Positions 50,794 through 62,615 of a DNA stretch of 64,000 nt are shown here, piece by piece. The notes beneath the pieces are model-generated. The model worked only from the letters and a program-made list of their open reading frames with translations. It did no database searches and was not told where the DNA came from. Numbering within the stretch: the first letter of the stretch is position 1; each line of letters begins with the position of its first letter. Made by a program: the position numbers and the translations under genes. Source of the DNA: Tubiluchus corallicola (Eukaryota; Animalia; Priapulida); contig JAQGDQ010000917.1 in assembly GCA_030141605.1 (NCBI GenBank), positions 16,684 through 80,683 of the forward strand. Direction: 5' to 3'.

Positions 50794-52746
50794 CTGTGAG
50801 AAGAAAAATATGAATGTGTTAGTTTAAAGTTGTACATCAACTGTTATAATGATGCCAAATCGTTCCTGATGATTAAATAACAGGTTTAAATTAAATTAAC
50901 GGTGGACGAGACAAACTAGTGATGACATCACAAATGAACATAATTTTCAACAGCACAAACATTTCCTAAGTGCGCTCTACGTGTTTGCGAAAGCAAAAAT
51001 TCAGGTAAAGTGCTGCTATAGAACATACAGTGTGATACATAAAAAAGTCCACAAATTTTAACTTTAAAATTCCAAATTTCAAGTTTTCCGGTACGTGAGC
51101 TCTCCAATGCGTGCGCTTCATCACAACTGAACACCTCTAAACCGAGAAATACAGCACCTTTTTTCATGCAACGCGTTTCCGAAATACACGTGTTAGTGCC
51201 CGTCTAACTAGCGAATGGCGAAATGCATGTAACAGTGAACTAGTGGCACAAATGAGTCAATTACGTTTCTGTGGTAATGATTCTTTCACGTAAGTCATTT
51301 TTGAAAAAATAGTATGGTTCTTTTCACTATTTTAAAGAGTAGATTGTCAGGAGCTATAGTTTAAGATTGGGTCCGGTTTTCATTTAAGTAGGTTTTGCCA
51401 CTGAATGCAGAATCACGAGTCGCAGCGTGACAAACTCTTTCAAGAAAAACTTAAGGTTGTTTTTATCTGTGTTTCATAAAACTCAGAAATTGTGATTGAA
51501 TTTTATTTTACCATTACCATGCTGTTGAGCGGTTACTCATTTATACTCCATAAATTACAATTTGCCCGGAATTTTCCAGTAAAAATTAGGTGAAAACTGG
51601 TCGATGAAGCAGTCGGGATGTGATCCGCATAAATGATTATTTTTCACTTCCTGTCTGGAAATTCATCATGCAGTTTGGTACTGAAGATTCTGAAATGTGT
51701 GATTAATGGCTGAGATTCGCATAAAAACTTGAGTCATTTGTGACTGAAACCTGAACGGTGTTCAAGCACTCGATCAAATGTATTGGTGTTTGACTTTAAC
51801 ATAACTTTATTGAAGATGTAACATCCAGGTTTGAAACAGACAGTTTTACAACTGACATCTGTTCTTCCCTGGTGGGAGCGAAATGCTAGACAGATGCAGA
51901 ACAATGGTGACCACAATGTATAAAAAATGTTGCAATAAATATGAACATTACTATGTAATAAGAGTAACAAAGTTAATACCATTTAAAACTCTTAGCGTTT
52001 GAAATAAAAGACTGCACTAAAACAAAAATTTGAGTGTTCACAAAATTATCTAAGGTATGGTTCCCGTGCAGGAACAAACGTACAAGTTCATTTGATGAAA
52101 GACTGTAAACATTAAAAGCTGAGAAAAGAGTGCAGAGATTTGTAAATAAGTCGTGTCTGGCCTGGTGGTAAAGACGGGAGCTAATTAAGTAATGACCGAC
52201 TGTTTCATAAGTAGAACCACATTGACAACAAGGTGATACTAGCGACCCATTGTAATTTTTACATTTTCTGAAGTATAAATGGTAATAAAGTTGACAAAAG
52301 AGGGCAGAGATTTGTAAATAAGTCGTGTCTGGCCTGGAGAACCACTATGACAACAAGGTGATACTAGCGACCCATCGTAATTTTTACAATTTCTGAATTA
52401 CAAATCATAATTAAGTTGACAAAAACCAACTCTCATTCTAGTATGGTGTACAGATGAATTTCGAGTAACACTTGAAAAGTAAGTAAGCCGCTTATTAAAA
52501 CACATGTGATTCTCTAGTCGAGATTTAAAGATGTTTAAAGAGTCAGAGTGACTGGCATTACTAAACGACGCAAAAAACATCTCCAGCTTTTGTAGGGCAG
52601 AGAGCCCCACTAACAACTTTTAATTGGATCCCGCATTTCCTAGCACCGGTCCTGTTGTATGAAACTGAAACATGCACCATATCGTACCATGACTGATCTG
52701 TTTCATACTAGTGTCGCCACCTATCCCTCGGAATGACAACTCTTAC

Positions 52747-52884
52747 CTTGCTGCTCTGAGAAAATACTGCAATGCTTCACCGTGCTGATTATTCATTTCT
52801 AACGTGTGCCCGAGATTGTTGTACAGTTTGGCGTTTCTCTGCGTGAAGCGAAGTCCAGACATGAACAGCGAATATTCAGTTTTC
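52747..52884 (-). CDS. TMTC3: TMTC3 exon
   Basis: KTEYSLFMSGLRFTQRNAKLYNNLGHTLE...ALQYFLRAA, phase 2/2. Confidence 0.94.
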
Positions 52885-52912
52885 CTACAAAAGAAAACTA
52901 GATCTGTAAAAT

Positions 52913-53449
52913 GAATCTTTTCACAGCTCCAGCTATTGATGATGATTGTGAAAAGGTCAAAGGTCAAATTATACCAGACAACGTATTTGCGTACACTTGA
53001 CAATGCCTCGCAGCCCTTGCTGCTATAATAGTAACAGTTTTAACAGCTACCTAGAACCTTACCTAGTTCAGTTTTCCTTGTTTTCAAGCAAGAATGTGCT
53101 AGTAAATCACTATATGAACCGACTAATGCATAATTAAGCAAAGTCCACGTAAAACAACTGAAGTTAGTGTACTGTTGTGATAGTAACACCTTCAACAGAT
53201 AGCTAGAGCCTTAACTAGTTTATTTGTACTTGTTCCCAATCAAGATCCTGCTAGTAAATCACTCTATGCTTAGATTAAAGCATAATTAGGTAAAGTCCAC
53301 ATAAAATAACTGAAGTTACTGAACTGATACAGCAGACAGTTTTGCTTTACCCACATGTCACACAACGGTTTTATAGCTAAGACGCGTTGCTGTGTTATAC
53401 TTAACCTTTGACCTGCAGCAACCGCGCACAACGAAACTGTGAAAGCCTC
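52913..53449 (+). mobile_element. Family B MITE with an internal duplication
   Basis: The core occurs twice (~53040 and ~53195). Ends gaatcttttcacag / ctgtgaaagcctc. Confidence 0.72.
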
Positions 53450-53759
53450 ATTGCCAGGTTCTTCTTTGTGTATAAGAACGGTCTCCCTTCGAATGACAAA
53501 TTTAATGTTTGTTACTGAAAAATGATTCGGTTCTACGATGCACAACGTGCTGTGTATTACTCATTACTTGAACAGTACTCGTCTTAAGTTGCGCGTTGAC
53601 AATTTCCATTTGAGTTTTTCATGAGGCAGACGGCTTTGCTTTACCCGTACGTCACAATAGGACAGAACTGACATCAAATTCCACAAAACTCTGCTTTGAA
53701 ACCCCCAAATTTGAACTCAGTACATAGAAATCTTATTTATAGAAATAACGAATACTTAC

Positions 53760-53843
53760 CAATCTTTATTTCTAGCTGCAGTCCTAACAGAATGTATGAG
53801 CACCAACACGGCGAGACCTGTGTACGCCACCAATTTTAATTTC
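53760..53843 (-). CDS. TMTC3: TMTC3 exon (last transmembrane helix)
   Basis: KLKLVAYTGLAVLVLIHSVRTAARNKDW carries the family T-x-x-R-N-x-D-W motif. Phase 2/2. Confidence 0.92.
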
Positions 53844-54013
53844 CTGCGAACAAAAAAAGTAAGACGTTAAAATTACAAGAGCATCTGTTAGTTAAATACG
53901 CTTCTGATAGATGGCGAAACTAGTCTTGTAAAACTTTTCTACAGTATATTATTCAATGTGCAAATAACTGCTACAGCTTTTTCTAAATCAAATCTTAGAT
54001 TAAATAATAATTA

Positions 54014-54834
54014 CCGTATATACTCGCATATAAGCCGACCCCCTAAAACTGCTTTAAAACGGCCAGTTTTTGCAAAAACCCGTATATAAGCCGACCATCA
54101 ACTTGTCTCATCCATGTTGCCAATTCTGCAGAGAGGGAAGTCACCAGCCTTTCTTTGATCAATAACATACTTTTGAAAACCCAAAAGTTTATGTTCATAT
54201 TGTGATGGCAATTTTTGTGCAATTTTCGCTCTCTGTCTCAAACTTATAGAGTGTCTGTTCAGAAAACGTGTACACCAATATGTTCCTCTATAAGCCACGT
54301 GACCCTCGTTCTCCCCACGCGCTGCCTACCAATTGGCTGATGACGTCGGCTTCACCACTAGCTGTAGCTTGGTTACGGCTCGCAACTGGTGACACACAGT
54401 GGTGTATTGCTAAATAAAAAGTAGGTGGACGGCTAGTCTCAAGACTTACCATTTTACATTCACAAATTTGAAAGAAATTGACATTATTTAAAACCGTTTT
54501 TTGAAAAAATGAAAACAAGTAGATTTAATATTAAACCCGTATACATTTTTAATATTTTTTATCTAATGAATACAAAAAGCAGACATTTATTGAAATGTGA
54601 ATTTTTTCTAAAAAAAAGTGGGTGGACGGCGATCCCCCACGATCCCCCTCCAATACACCACTGGTGACACACAACCAAATAAAGAGTCAGATAGCGATGA
54701 AAATGTGTGGCTGGAAAATTGGCATTAGTGTCTGTCCTTGTGTTCATTTTGTTTCATGCGCATATAAGCCGACCCCCTGATTTCAGTATTGTATTTTATA
54801 GTTCTAAATTCGGCTTATATGCGAGTATATACGG
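54014..54834 (-). mobile_element. Second pogo deletion derivative, inverted, inserted at a TA inside a family A MITE
   Basis: Same TIRs. Transposase remnant WCTRFLNRHSISLRQRAKIAQKLP...IGNMDET at 54098-54280. The host sequence taatta|cctcggatag rejoins across the insertion. Confidence 0.9.
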
Positions 54835-54836
54835 TA

Positions 54837-55262
54837 CCTCGGATAGTTAAATTTTGTTAAACATTCAAAGATGCACGTGGCTCAGCGAATCCACTAAGAT
54901 AGGCAAAGACGCCTTTTTGTCACATTTGCGCGGCAGACAAAGAGGCGCTGTACCAAGATAAGCATGATCATGAATTGCAATGTTCATCTGCGATGAAGAG
55001 CTCATTTTTGTGACATCACATCAGCATCTTATAGCATTCTTTACTTACATGCTTGATGCACAAGCAAGATGAAAACATTGCACAAACTATCGTTAGTTTG
55101 TGATGTAAGGGATAACCTGTATTCAATTGCCATTAATTAACTTTCCAAGGTAATTATTCAGACATTAGAAACAACTGCAAACTTTTATAGGCCAGAAAAA
55201 ATATATTTTGGACAGTAAATTAAAATGAGATCGAGTTTAATCAATCGTCCGGTCTTCCTTTA
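54837..55262 (-). mobile_element. Family A MITE, inverted, split by the pogo element (remainder at ~53950-54013)
   Basis: Ends aatcgtccggtcttcct-ttaa. Confidence 0.78.
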
Positions 55263-56709
55263 ACTTATGCAAAGCACATTATCTACACTAAGTAACAGCT
55301 TGGATTGACAGATCTGGTGATAAATAACGTTAATTATTTACGTAACCGTCCAACATGTGCAAATTATCATATGCAAATTAAAGTTTTACTGAAATCGATA
55401 CAGAATTTATAGTATGAAACAGAGTCAAGATAAAACCGCACAAGCTGAACTGTTGCGAAGCCATTGAACTGATAAATGAAGCCCAGGAACACGATGGATG
55501 AGAAGGAATGACACGGTGATTTTGTGCAGGTAAATACCAACATCCTCGCTTTTAAATCATTAAAGATATAAAAAAATAAAATATCCAAATTCCTTCAACG
55601 GAAAATGAATTTTCCTAATACTATAAATACTTTAACAGCTCAAAAATAGCTCTCATGGTACTGACACACAGTGGCACGGTGTGGGGTGTGGGGGACCGCA
55701 CAGAGTCGCCAATACTTTCTGTTAATAACACTAAGAATAACACTTGATGCGCAGAGAAGATGCCCGCCATTGCACAAAGTGTGGTTAGTCTGTAAGCGTT
55801 AGCTGTGTTGGGTTGCCGCTAATTACCTTTCCGAGTTAATTATTCAGTTATTAGAAACAATAGCTAACATTTATAGGCAAGAAAATGCACATTTTAGACA
55901 GTAAATTAAAATGAGATTAGACTCAATCTCATTTTAATTTAATGTCCAAATGTCCAAAATGTCGATACTTTCGAGAACCATCTGGTTTTCTTTTAAATCA
56001 GTTTAATTTAACGGTGCAGTACATTAACGCAGGTAAAAGTCACAACATTCAAGCTGCCGGATCAAGCTGAATCGAATTGCCGAACCATCTGGTTCGATTT
56101 AACCTGGTTCGTTAACCATCATAGTACTTTTGTTGTTAAAATCAGCTAAACTCAGCAAGAAAACCTTACTCAATCCGCAGCGACAAAGTTTAAGATTAAT
56201 GATCATGTTAAATACATAGAATTTCATGCGGCAGCGATAACCACATTAGATGCAACGTATGACTTATATAGTACGGCAGTCTGATTTTTTTTATTTTATT
56301 TATTATTATCACATTCAGTACAATATAATGACATTAAGCACACAGTGACATCAAAATTATTACATCATACGGTATTAAATTGTTATGTTTCATACACTAT
56401 CGTTATCATAAAAGAATAATTGTACTGCAGTGGGGATCGAGAAACAAAGGCTTGTATAAGCCCACTGTCATGTGACGCAGTCTTGTATAAGCCCACTTAC
56501 GCAGCTACAATGCTACATTCAATGTCTATTTGTTGCTACGTTTACTTTGCTGTACAGAGAGCATCATTCAGAGTATTCTATAAAAAAAACTTGCCAACAT
56601 TTCTAAATTTATCACGCTTGCATAAATTTTCAACTTTAACATACCAAAACAGGTATAACAACCGAAAGGTTTCGCTTTCTAACTACTGAGCGGATGCACT
56701 GCTGCTTAC

Positions 56710-56858
56710 CTTTTATCAACTATGTGCTGCCATCCTATAGCCACCATGATACAGAATCCCATGCTTGGCATGTACAGAATTCTCTCGGCGACCACGAAAC
56801 CAACCGGGAAGAGGAGGTTCGTCGCGGGAAGGAATGGAAAGACTAAGAGAGACAAGGC
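56710..56858 (-). CDS. TMTC3: TMTC3 exon, the most 5' exon in the window
   Basis: [43 protein letters not shown] matches the TMTC signature [25 protein letters not shown]. Confidence 0.96.
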
Positions 56859-57580
56859 CTGTAAGAAAGAAAACTATAGATTAGTTGTAAGCGTCATTGT
56901 GATTAACTTGTGTTTGCATCTGTAAGTCCTCGCTAAAAGCAAAACCGGACCCAATCTTAAACTGTAGGTCAAAACAATCTACTCTTTAAAATATTGAAAA
57001 GAAACATACTATTTTTTCAAAAATGACTTAATTCAATTGTAATTTATTTATCTCTTTATAATACTACAATAAAACACGATTAATAAAAGAATCCCTAATA
57101 AGTTTTGAAGAATGGCTAATATGAATAGATACATCTAGAACTAGAGAAAGGATAGCGAAAAGACTATAAGCTCACCTAGTCTGCTACCCTTTACCGAATA
57201 TAGATAAAATGATTTTAGACACTGGTGGGCATTAATGTTGTCAGTTTAATTTAGGAAACATTAATAATTTTAAAATTATGACATTTGCTATATAATGAAG
57301 TAATCCAGAGTAAAGAAAATACATGAACTTTAATTAGTTGGCAACAAAATCAGGTCATTTTTAATTAAACTAAAAATAGCATTTAGATTTTATGTGAAAT
57401 ACAGGTGAAAATTGTTATGAAATGATAAAAACACTTTGGGTTAATAATGCTATTAATCAACAACAGGAGTTAAATACATTTTGATTTGAGTTCAACTTCA
57501 TTATTTCTAGGCTTATTGATTAAGAACAAATCTACTGACTTGTACAATAATACTAAATAATATAATTCTCAATATACTGA

Positions 57581-58784
57581 TGTCATGTTCCGCCCTCATT
57601 TAATAGTTCTCACATTATGCTTATGCAACATTAAGCCCTATTCATACTGTATATTTAATTAATTGATATGTATGATATTTAGCTACTGGCAGTGATAGTT
57701 AATTGTATTATTAATTATTGATATTTTGTTAGGATGTAGGCACCTACTAACAAACCTCCTTTGGAATTCCGTCTGACCCACTCTTGTCTGCCCTATCGCG
57801 GCTGTAATGCAGTGGCTAAGTCAAGGTTAAGGATAGTGCAAAGGTGAATAAAATTATAGCTGTTTAAGCGAGTGGCTTCTCGACGAACTTCGTTTAACAC
57901 TGTTTAGATATAGACGGCAACTTGACACAGAACGAGACAGGTCGTTTACTCGTCTCTGTGAAGTTATATTTTGTTGAAGAGAAATGCCGTACTAGAAAGT
58001 TTCACACAAGATATGGTGTGTAATGTACATGGTGATACTGTGAGAGCCTAGTTGTTGTAAGCTGTGGTCGTCAACCAGAGTTGTCCAGAGATGCTGGCTT
58101 GCAGTCTGCAATAGTGGAGTTACCCACTGACTGACAAATGGATCGACCTACTACAGAACCACATCCAGGGTGGTAACAGGTACTTTTCGCTTTTGTTACG
58201 ATCGTAACTAACGTCGCACTGATAACGTAAACATCACGTATACTAGCCTAATGTTTCTCGATGCTACTTGCTGGGTAAAGACTAATTGATAGTTTCTCTG
58301 ACGAAGTTTGGAACCACAACTGTATTCAGACGCAGATGTTATATTACGACGTATTGCTACCGTTCTACAAACTGTTCGCTTTAAAGGAAAGGTGTTCCAA
58401 AAAAACCTAGGTACATAGTGGGCAGACATGAACTTTATGCAACGTATATACCCTACTAACCCCAAGCTTTGTCAATATTGCTATATCTTTGTTATTACTG
58501 AACTTTTGCTTAAATCGAATCACTTTGGAATTTGTTAATGATTAAATTGCTTGATTAATTATTTTAATGTCTGCCATTTGATCTTTCTTTTTCTTCAGAT
58601 CCATGAGTGTATAGAGTGCAAATAGGCCATAGTCCCCCGTATTTTTAACATCAGCCTTAGGCCGATCTGCATCCATACAATTAGTGACTATCATACTAGC
58701 TCCCTTCTGTTATGAGATGTAAAACTAACGCAGCATGCCCCTCTTTGATTCCCCTAGAGGAAATACAGGATCAGGGTCATCACA
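57581..58784 (+). mobile_element. 5' LTR of the Gmr1-like Gypsy element, left boundary inferred
   Basis: Ends catcaca immediately before the PBS. tgtcatg at 57581 is the best inverted match. The 3' LTR is outside the window. Confidence 0.6.
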
Positions 58785-58785
58785 A

Positions 58786-58798
58786 TGGTGGCAGCGGT
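58786..58798 (+). promoter_or_regulatory. Primer-binding site for tRNA-Leu
   Basis: tggtggcagcggt is complementary to ACCGCTGCCA-CCA, the 3' end of animal tRNA-Leu(AAG)-type tRNAs. Confidence 0.85.
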
Positions 58799-59476
58799 TT
58801 TAAAGTAATTGCCACAGTATAACAGTTGTAGCAGTGGTTTGTCATAATTAATTTGACATTAGTTTACAGCAGTAGTAGTGATTGTTTTTCTTCATTCTGG
58901 TACATGTGAACATTGTAATTTGCGTCGTTGTTGTGAGTTTCAACTTTTAACGAAAGTAGTTTAGCAACAAATTTTTAGGGAAGAGCTGTCTATGATTGCA
59001 GGAAATTTAATAATTATGTTGGTAATACTAATCAGTTTATACTGTGTTGTACCGTAAATCATAAAGGCCTAATATCTGCAATTTCTACTAGACTGATAAA
59101 ATCCTATGCTTGTTTATGCTAAAATACCTGTTTGGTGTGTCACCACATGATTTTCTATTTACGGTTAAGTTTTGTGTTTTCAAGGTAATAAGTTGTTATC
59201 GCCCGTACATAGGTGTATTTGATATAGTAACTGGCTTCATAGTATTTGCGTGGAAATTTTTCTCTGGCTATAGATCCCTGAAATACACAGTGCAAACAGA
59301 CTTTCTTATAAAGCACTGTCGGAACTTAGCGCATAAATTACCATAGCATTACTTGGCGTATTTTACCTTAGTCTATTTTAAGAGTTTTTCTCTGCTTACC
59401 TATACACTTACTACAGCATAAATCTTGTGAATTAGCAACCTTACGTTCATACATTCACTGAAACAATTAATACATA

Positions 59477-61591
59477 ATGGAATCCAAAGTTGTTTTGATG
59501 AAAGAAGCATTAGATTCCATGAGAAAAGCTGAACTTTTGGAAACAGCTAAAGCATTTGGTTTACCAACCTCAGGTAGCAAGCAAAAATTAATAACTCGCA
59601 TATTAGCATTCCAGAATTTTGTTGAATCTGACATAGTTTATCCTGATAAAGGCACAGTTCAGGAAGAAAATGTTAGTCCCCCTGATATGCAGCTGACACA
59701 GCAGAATGCATGTGATGACGAGGGTGCTACGGCCGAGCTCCCTATCACTACGTCCACTCCCAGTGTCCAACATGCTATACAAAAGTTTGATGGAGGTGTG
59801 AAATCTAAACCTTACACAACGCCGCCACCAACAATTCCTAATATGTTTCAGGATGCGTTACCTGTGCAACAAATGCAAGCACCTGATAATTATTTCCAAA
59901 TAGCACAAGCTAAGCAGATAGAATTGCAATTGCAAGAAAAAATTTTACAAACAGAGCAAATAAAATTAGAACAAATGCGCTTACAAAGTCAAATGGGGAT
60001 GAACAGTTATATGAATCAAAGTACACCAGATTACAATCACTCACCTCTGAAAATTAAGCTACCAGTTTGGGATGACTCTAAAATGGATATCTTGGAATTG
60101 TTTTCCAATTTTGAACGCTGCATGAGCGTTAATAAAGTCCCTAAGCAAGACTATGTAGCAAATTTGAGCAGGGTAGTAACACCTCGTGCGAATAGAGCAC
60201 TAGATGAACTTTCAGCAGATGAGATAGCTGATTATAATACGGTAAAACAACGAATACTTGACGCATATAAACTTTCCAAAGAGGCCTATCGTGTAGCATT
60301 TCGCGATACGCACAAATATAAATCTGAAACCTTCAGAAATTATTTCAGCCGTGTACGCAAAGCTGGCAATGCATGGTTAAATGCTGTTGATGCAAAAACA
60401 AAAGAAACCGTCTGTGATCATTTCTTTCTAGAGCAAGCATATACTAGTTTGCCTGACGATTTAGTTGCCTATCTAAAAAGGCAAAAATTCACTTCCTACT
60501 TAGAAATGGCAGATTGTGCTGATGTTTATTGGAGTTCTACAACAGAAGTGGCACCAATTAAACCATTTAAGGGGAAGGGCATAAGAAACTTTAAAAAGGT
60601 TTCCTCTATGGCCAATGGAAAAATTGATCATGATATCGCTGATCAAATGAGGGGTCGCAAAGACACAAATTATCAACAGTCTAAAAAAGCTTATTGTTTT
60701 TCATGTGGGCAAAAAGGACATTCCAAGTATGAATGTAGGAATAAGTCCATTCAGAAATCAACCCCGTCTGAGAGAAAAGACATACTCAATTCTGCATTCA
60801 AGAAGCAGTTGTCTGGAGTTGTTCAGAGAAGAACAAGGTCTTACTCCGACTCTTCAAATCAGAATAATGTCAGTTATCTCAGAGACGGTAATCACTATAT
60901 ATGGATTACAATGAATGGCATTGGATGTTATGCACTTAGGGATACTGGAGCTGATTCATCCATGGTTCGCTCTACTCTTTTACCCAAAGACCAATACACT
61001 GAAGACACTGTTGATATCATATGCTGTTGGGGTGAAACGAAAAAATTTTCGTTGGCTAAAATACCAATTTTCTCCCCATTAGGAAATGGATGGCTTACTG
61101 TTATAGTAATTCCTAATTTGCCTAAGAATATAGTCATTGGAAATGACTTTAAAGAGGCATTGGAACCTTTCTCCAAAGCAGAGGAAATCCAATTTGCAAT
61201 AGGTAACTCTAAGGTGAGTCTTGGTCGTGCCTTATCGTTGGAACAGTTGAATGACATCCCTCTTGATAACACATATGAACTCACTCATGAAGTGAACAAA
61301 CATTCCAAGACGCAGTTTCCTGATGTAAATGCTGATCATGCTTGTCAATCCTTGGTTGTCACAAGAGCTCAAGCAACAAAGCGTGATTCTCAACGAGAGT
61401 TTTCTGCTGTGAGTGGGAATGATGGAACTAAGGTAGATCTGAATTTACAGTCCTGCACATCTGTTGATGATCATTTGCAAACAGGTGATCAGCGTAATGA
61501 CACATTGTCTCACTTGTCTAGAGCTCAGCTAATTCAGGAACAGGAGGATGACATCTTCAAGACAATGCTGTTAGCAAGCAAACAGCACTGA
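59477..61591 (+). CDS. gag: Retrotransposon Gag-protease (SAP-like motif, SCAN-like capsid C-domain, CCHC knuckle, aspartic protease), truncated by a frameshift
   Basis: LDSMRKAELLETAKAFGLPTSGSKQKLITRIL; EAYRVAFR...FLEQAYTSLP; CFSCGQKGHSKYEC; ALRDTGA. Confidence 0.92.
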   Translation: MESKVVLMKEALDSMRKAELLETAKAFGLPTSGSKQKLITRILAFQNFVESDIVYPDKGTVQEENVSPPDMQLTQQNACDDEGATAELPITTSTPSVQHAIQKFDGGVKSKPYTTPPPTIPNMFQDALPVQQMQAPDNYFQIAQAKQIELQLQEKILQTEQIKLEQMRLQSQMGMNSYMNQSTPDYNHSPLKIKLPVWDDSKMDILELFSNFERCMSVNKVPKQDYVANLSRVVTPRANRALDELSADEIADYNTVKQRILDAYKLSKEAYRVAFRDTHKYKSETFRNYFSRVRKAGNAWLNAVDAKTKETVCDHFFLEQAYTSLPDDLVAYLKRQKFTSYLEMADCADVYWSSTTEVAPIKPFKGKGIRNFKKVSSMANGKIDHDIADQMRGRKDTNYQQSKKAYCFSCGQKGHSKYECRNKSIQKSTPSERKDILNSAFKKQLSGVVQRRTRSYSDSSNQNNVSYLRDGNHYIWITMNGIGCYALRDTGADSSMVRSTLLPKDQYTEDTVDIICCWGETKKFSLAKIPIFSPLGNGWLTVIVIPNLPKNIVIGNDFKEALEPFSKAEEIQFAIGNSKVSLGRALSLEQLNDIPLDNTYELTHEVNKHSKTQFPDVNADHACQSLVVTRAQATKRDSQREFSAVSGNDGTKVDLNLQSCTSVDDHLQTGDQRNDTLSHLSRAQLIQEQEDDIFKTMLLASKQH

Positions 61592-61668
61592 AAAAGGGTG
61601 ATGCATACTACCTGGAAGCTGGTGTTCTTCACAGAGCTCTAACAGACAAGAATGGCAAGACAAAGACA

Positions 61669-62613
61669 TTGTTGGTAGTTCCCAAGTCTCGAAGACTTGA
61701 GGTGTTGCAGCTAGCACATGATACAGAGATGGCAAGTCACTTGGGTATTAAAAAGACTCGACAACGAATCTTATCGGATTATACCTGGCCTGGAATTCAT
61801 AATTCGATAAAGCGATATGTACAATCCTGCCCAGTTTGTCAGAAAACAGCTCGAAATATGACAAGAGACAGGATGAAACTCAAACCTCTACCTGTCATAG
61901 AGAAAGCTTTTGACAGTATTCAAATTGATATTTGTGGCCCATTTAATAGGACCAAAAGGAATAATCGCTACGTGTTAGTTATAATCGACCAAGCAACACG
62001 CTATCCAGATGCGTATGCTATGCCAAATGCAGAAGCTTCCACTGTAGCGAGATGTCTGCTACAATTTATGTGTAGATATGGAATCCCGTCAATTATCCAA
62101 TCTGATCAGGGCACTCAGTTCAAATCGTCATTGATTCGCGACTTGGAAACAGCACTGCACATCCAAGGAGTTTTTTCTACCCCATATAGACCCCAAAGTC
62201 AAGGTCTTTGTGAACGTTTTAATGGCAGCCTAAAAGCTTCTATTAAAAAGCTTTGCTTAGCCAAGAAAACATCTCAATGGGATGACCTTCTGTGCTTTGT
62301 TCTTTTTGCATACCGTGAGGTACCGCAAGAGTCACTGAAATACAGTCCATATGAACTGGTGCATGGCCATCAAATTAATGGACCAATGGCAGTCCTTAGA
62401 AAACGCTGGGGTTCAGAAAAGTCTACAAACCCAGTTGAACTCGATGATTATGTTGCCGAAATGATTGATCATCTCGAAGACATAACTGAAGAAGCTCATG
62501 ACCAGTTGTTGCAGGCTAAAGTTGCACAAAAAGATTGGTATGACCAAAAGAGTCGTCATAGGTCTTTAGAACCAGGCATGCAAGTTCTAGTTCTTGTTAA
62601 AGAAGTTAATTAA
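61669..62613 (+). pseudogene. pol: Retrotransposon integrase (HHCC and DDE), upstream of RT; frame continues 5' to ~61560
   Basis: AHD...SHLG...CPVC, IDICGP, SDQGTQF and GLCERFN. The C-terminal GPY/F region appears deleted. Confidence 0.93.
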
Positions 62614-62615
62614 AC

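Noticed and set aside
61550-61600. Programmed -1 frameshift between gag-pro and integrase
   Set aside because: No clear slippery heptamer before the stop, and other frameshifts and deletions at ~62600 and ~63240 indicate decay.
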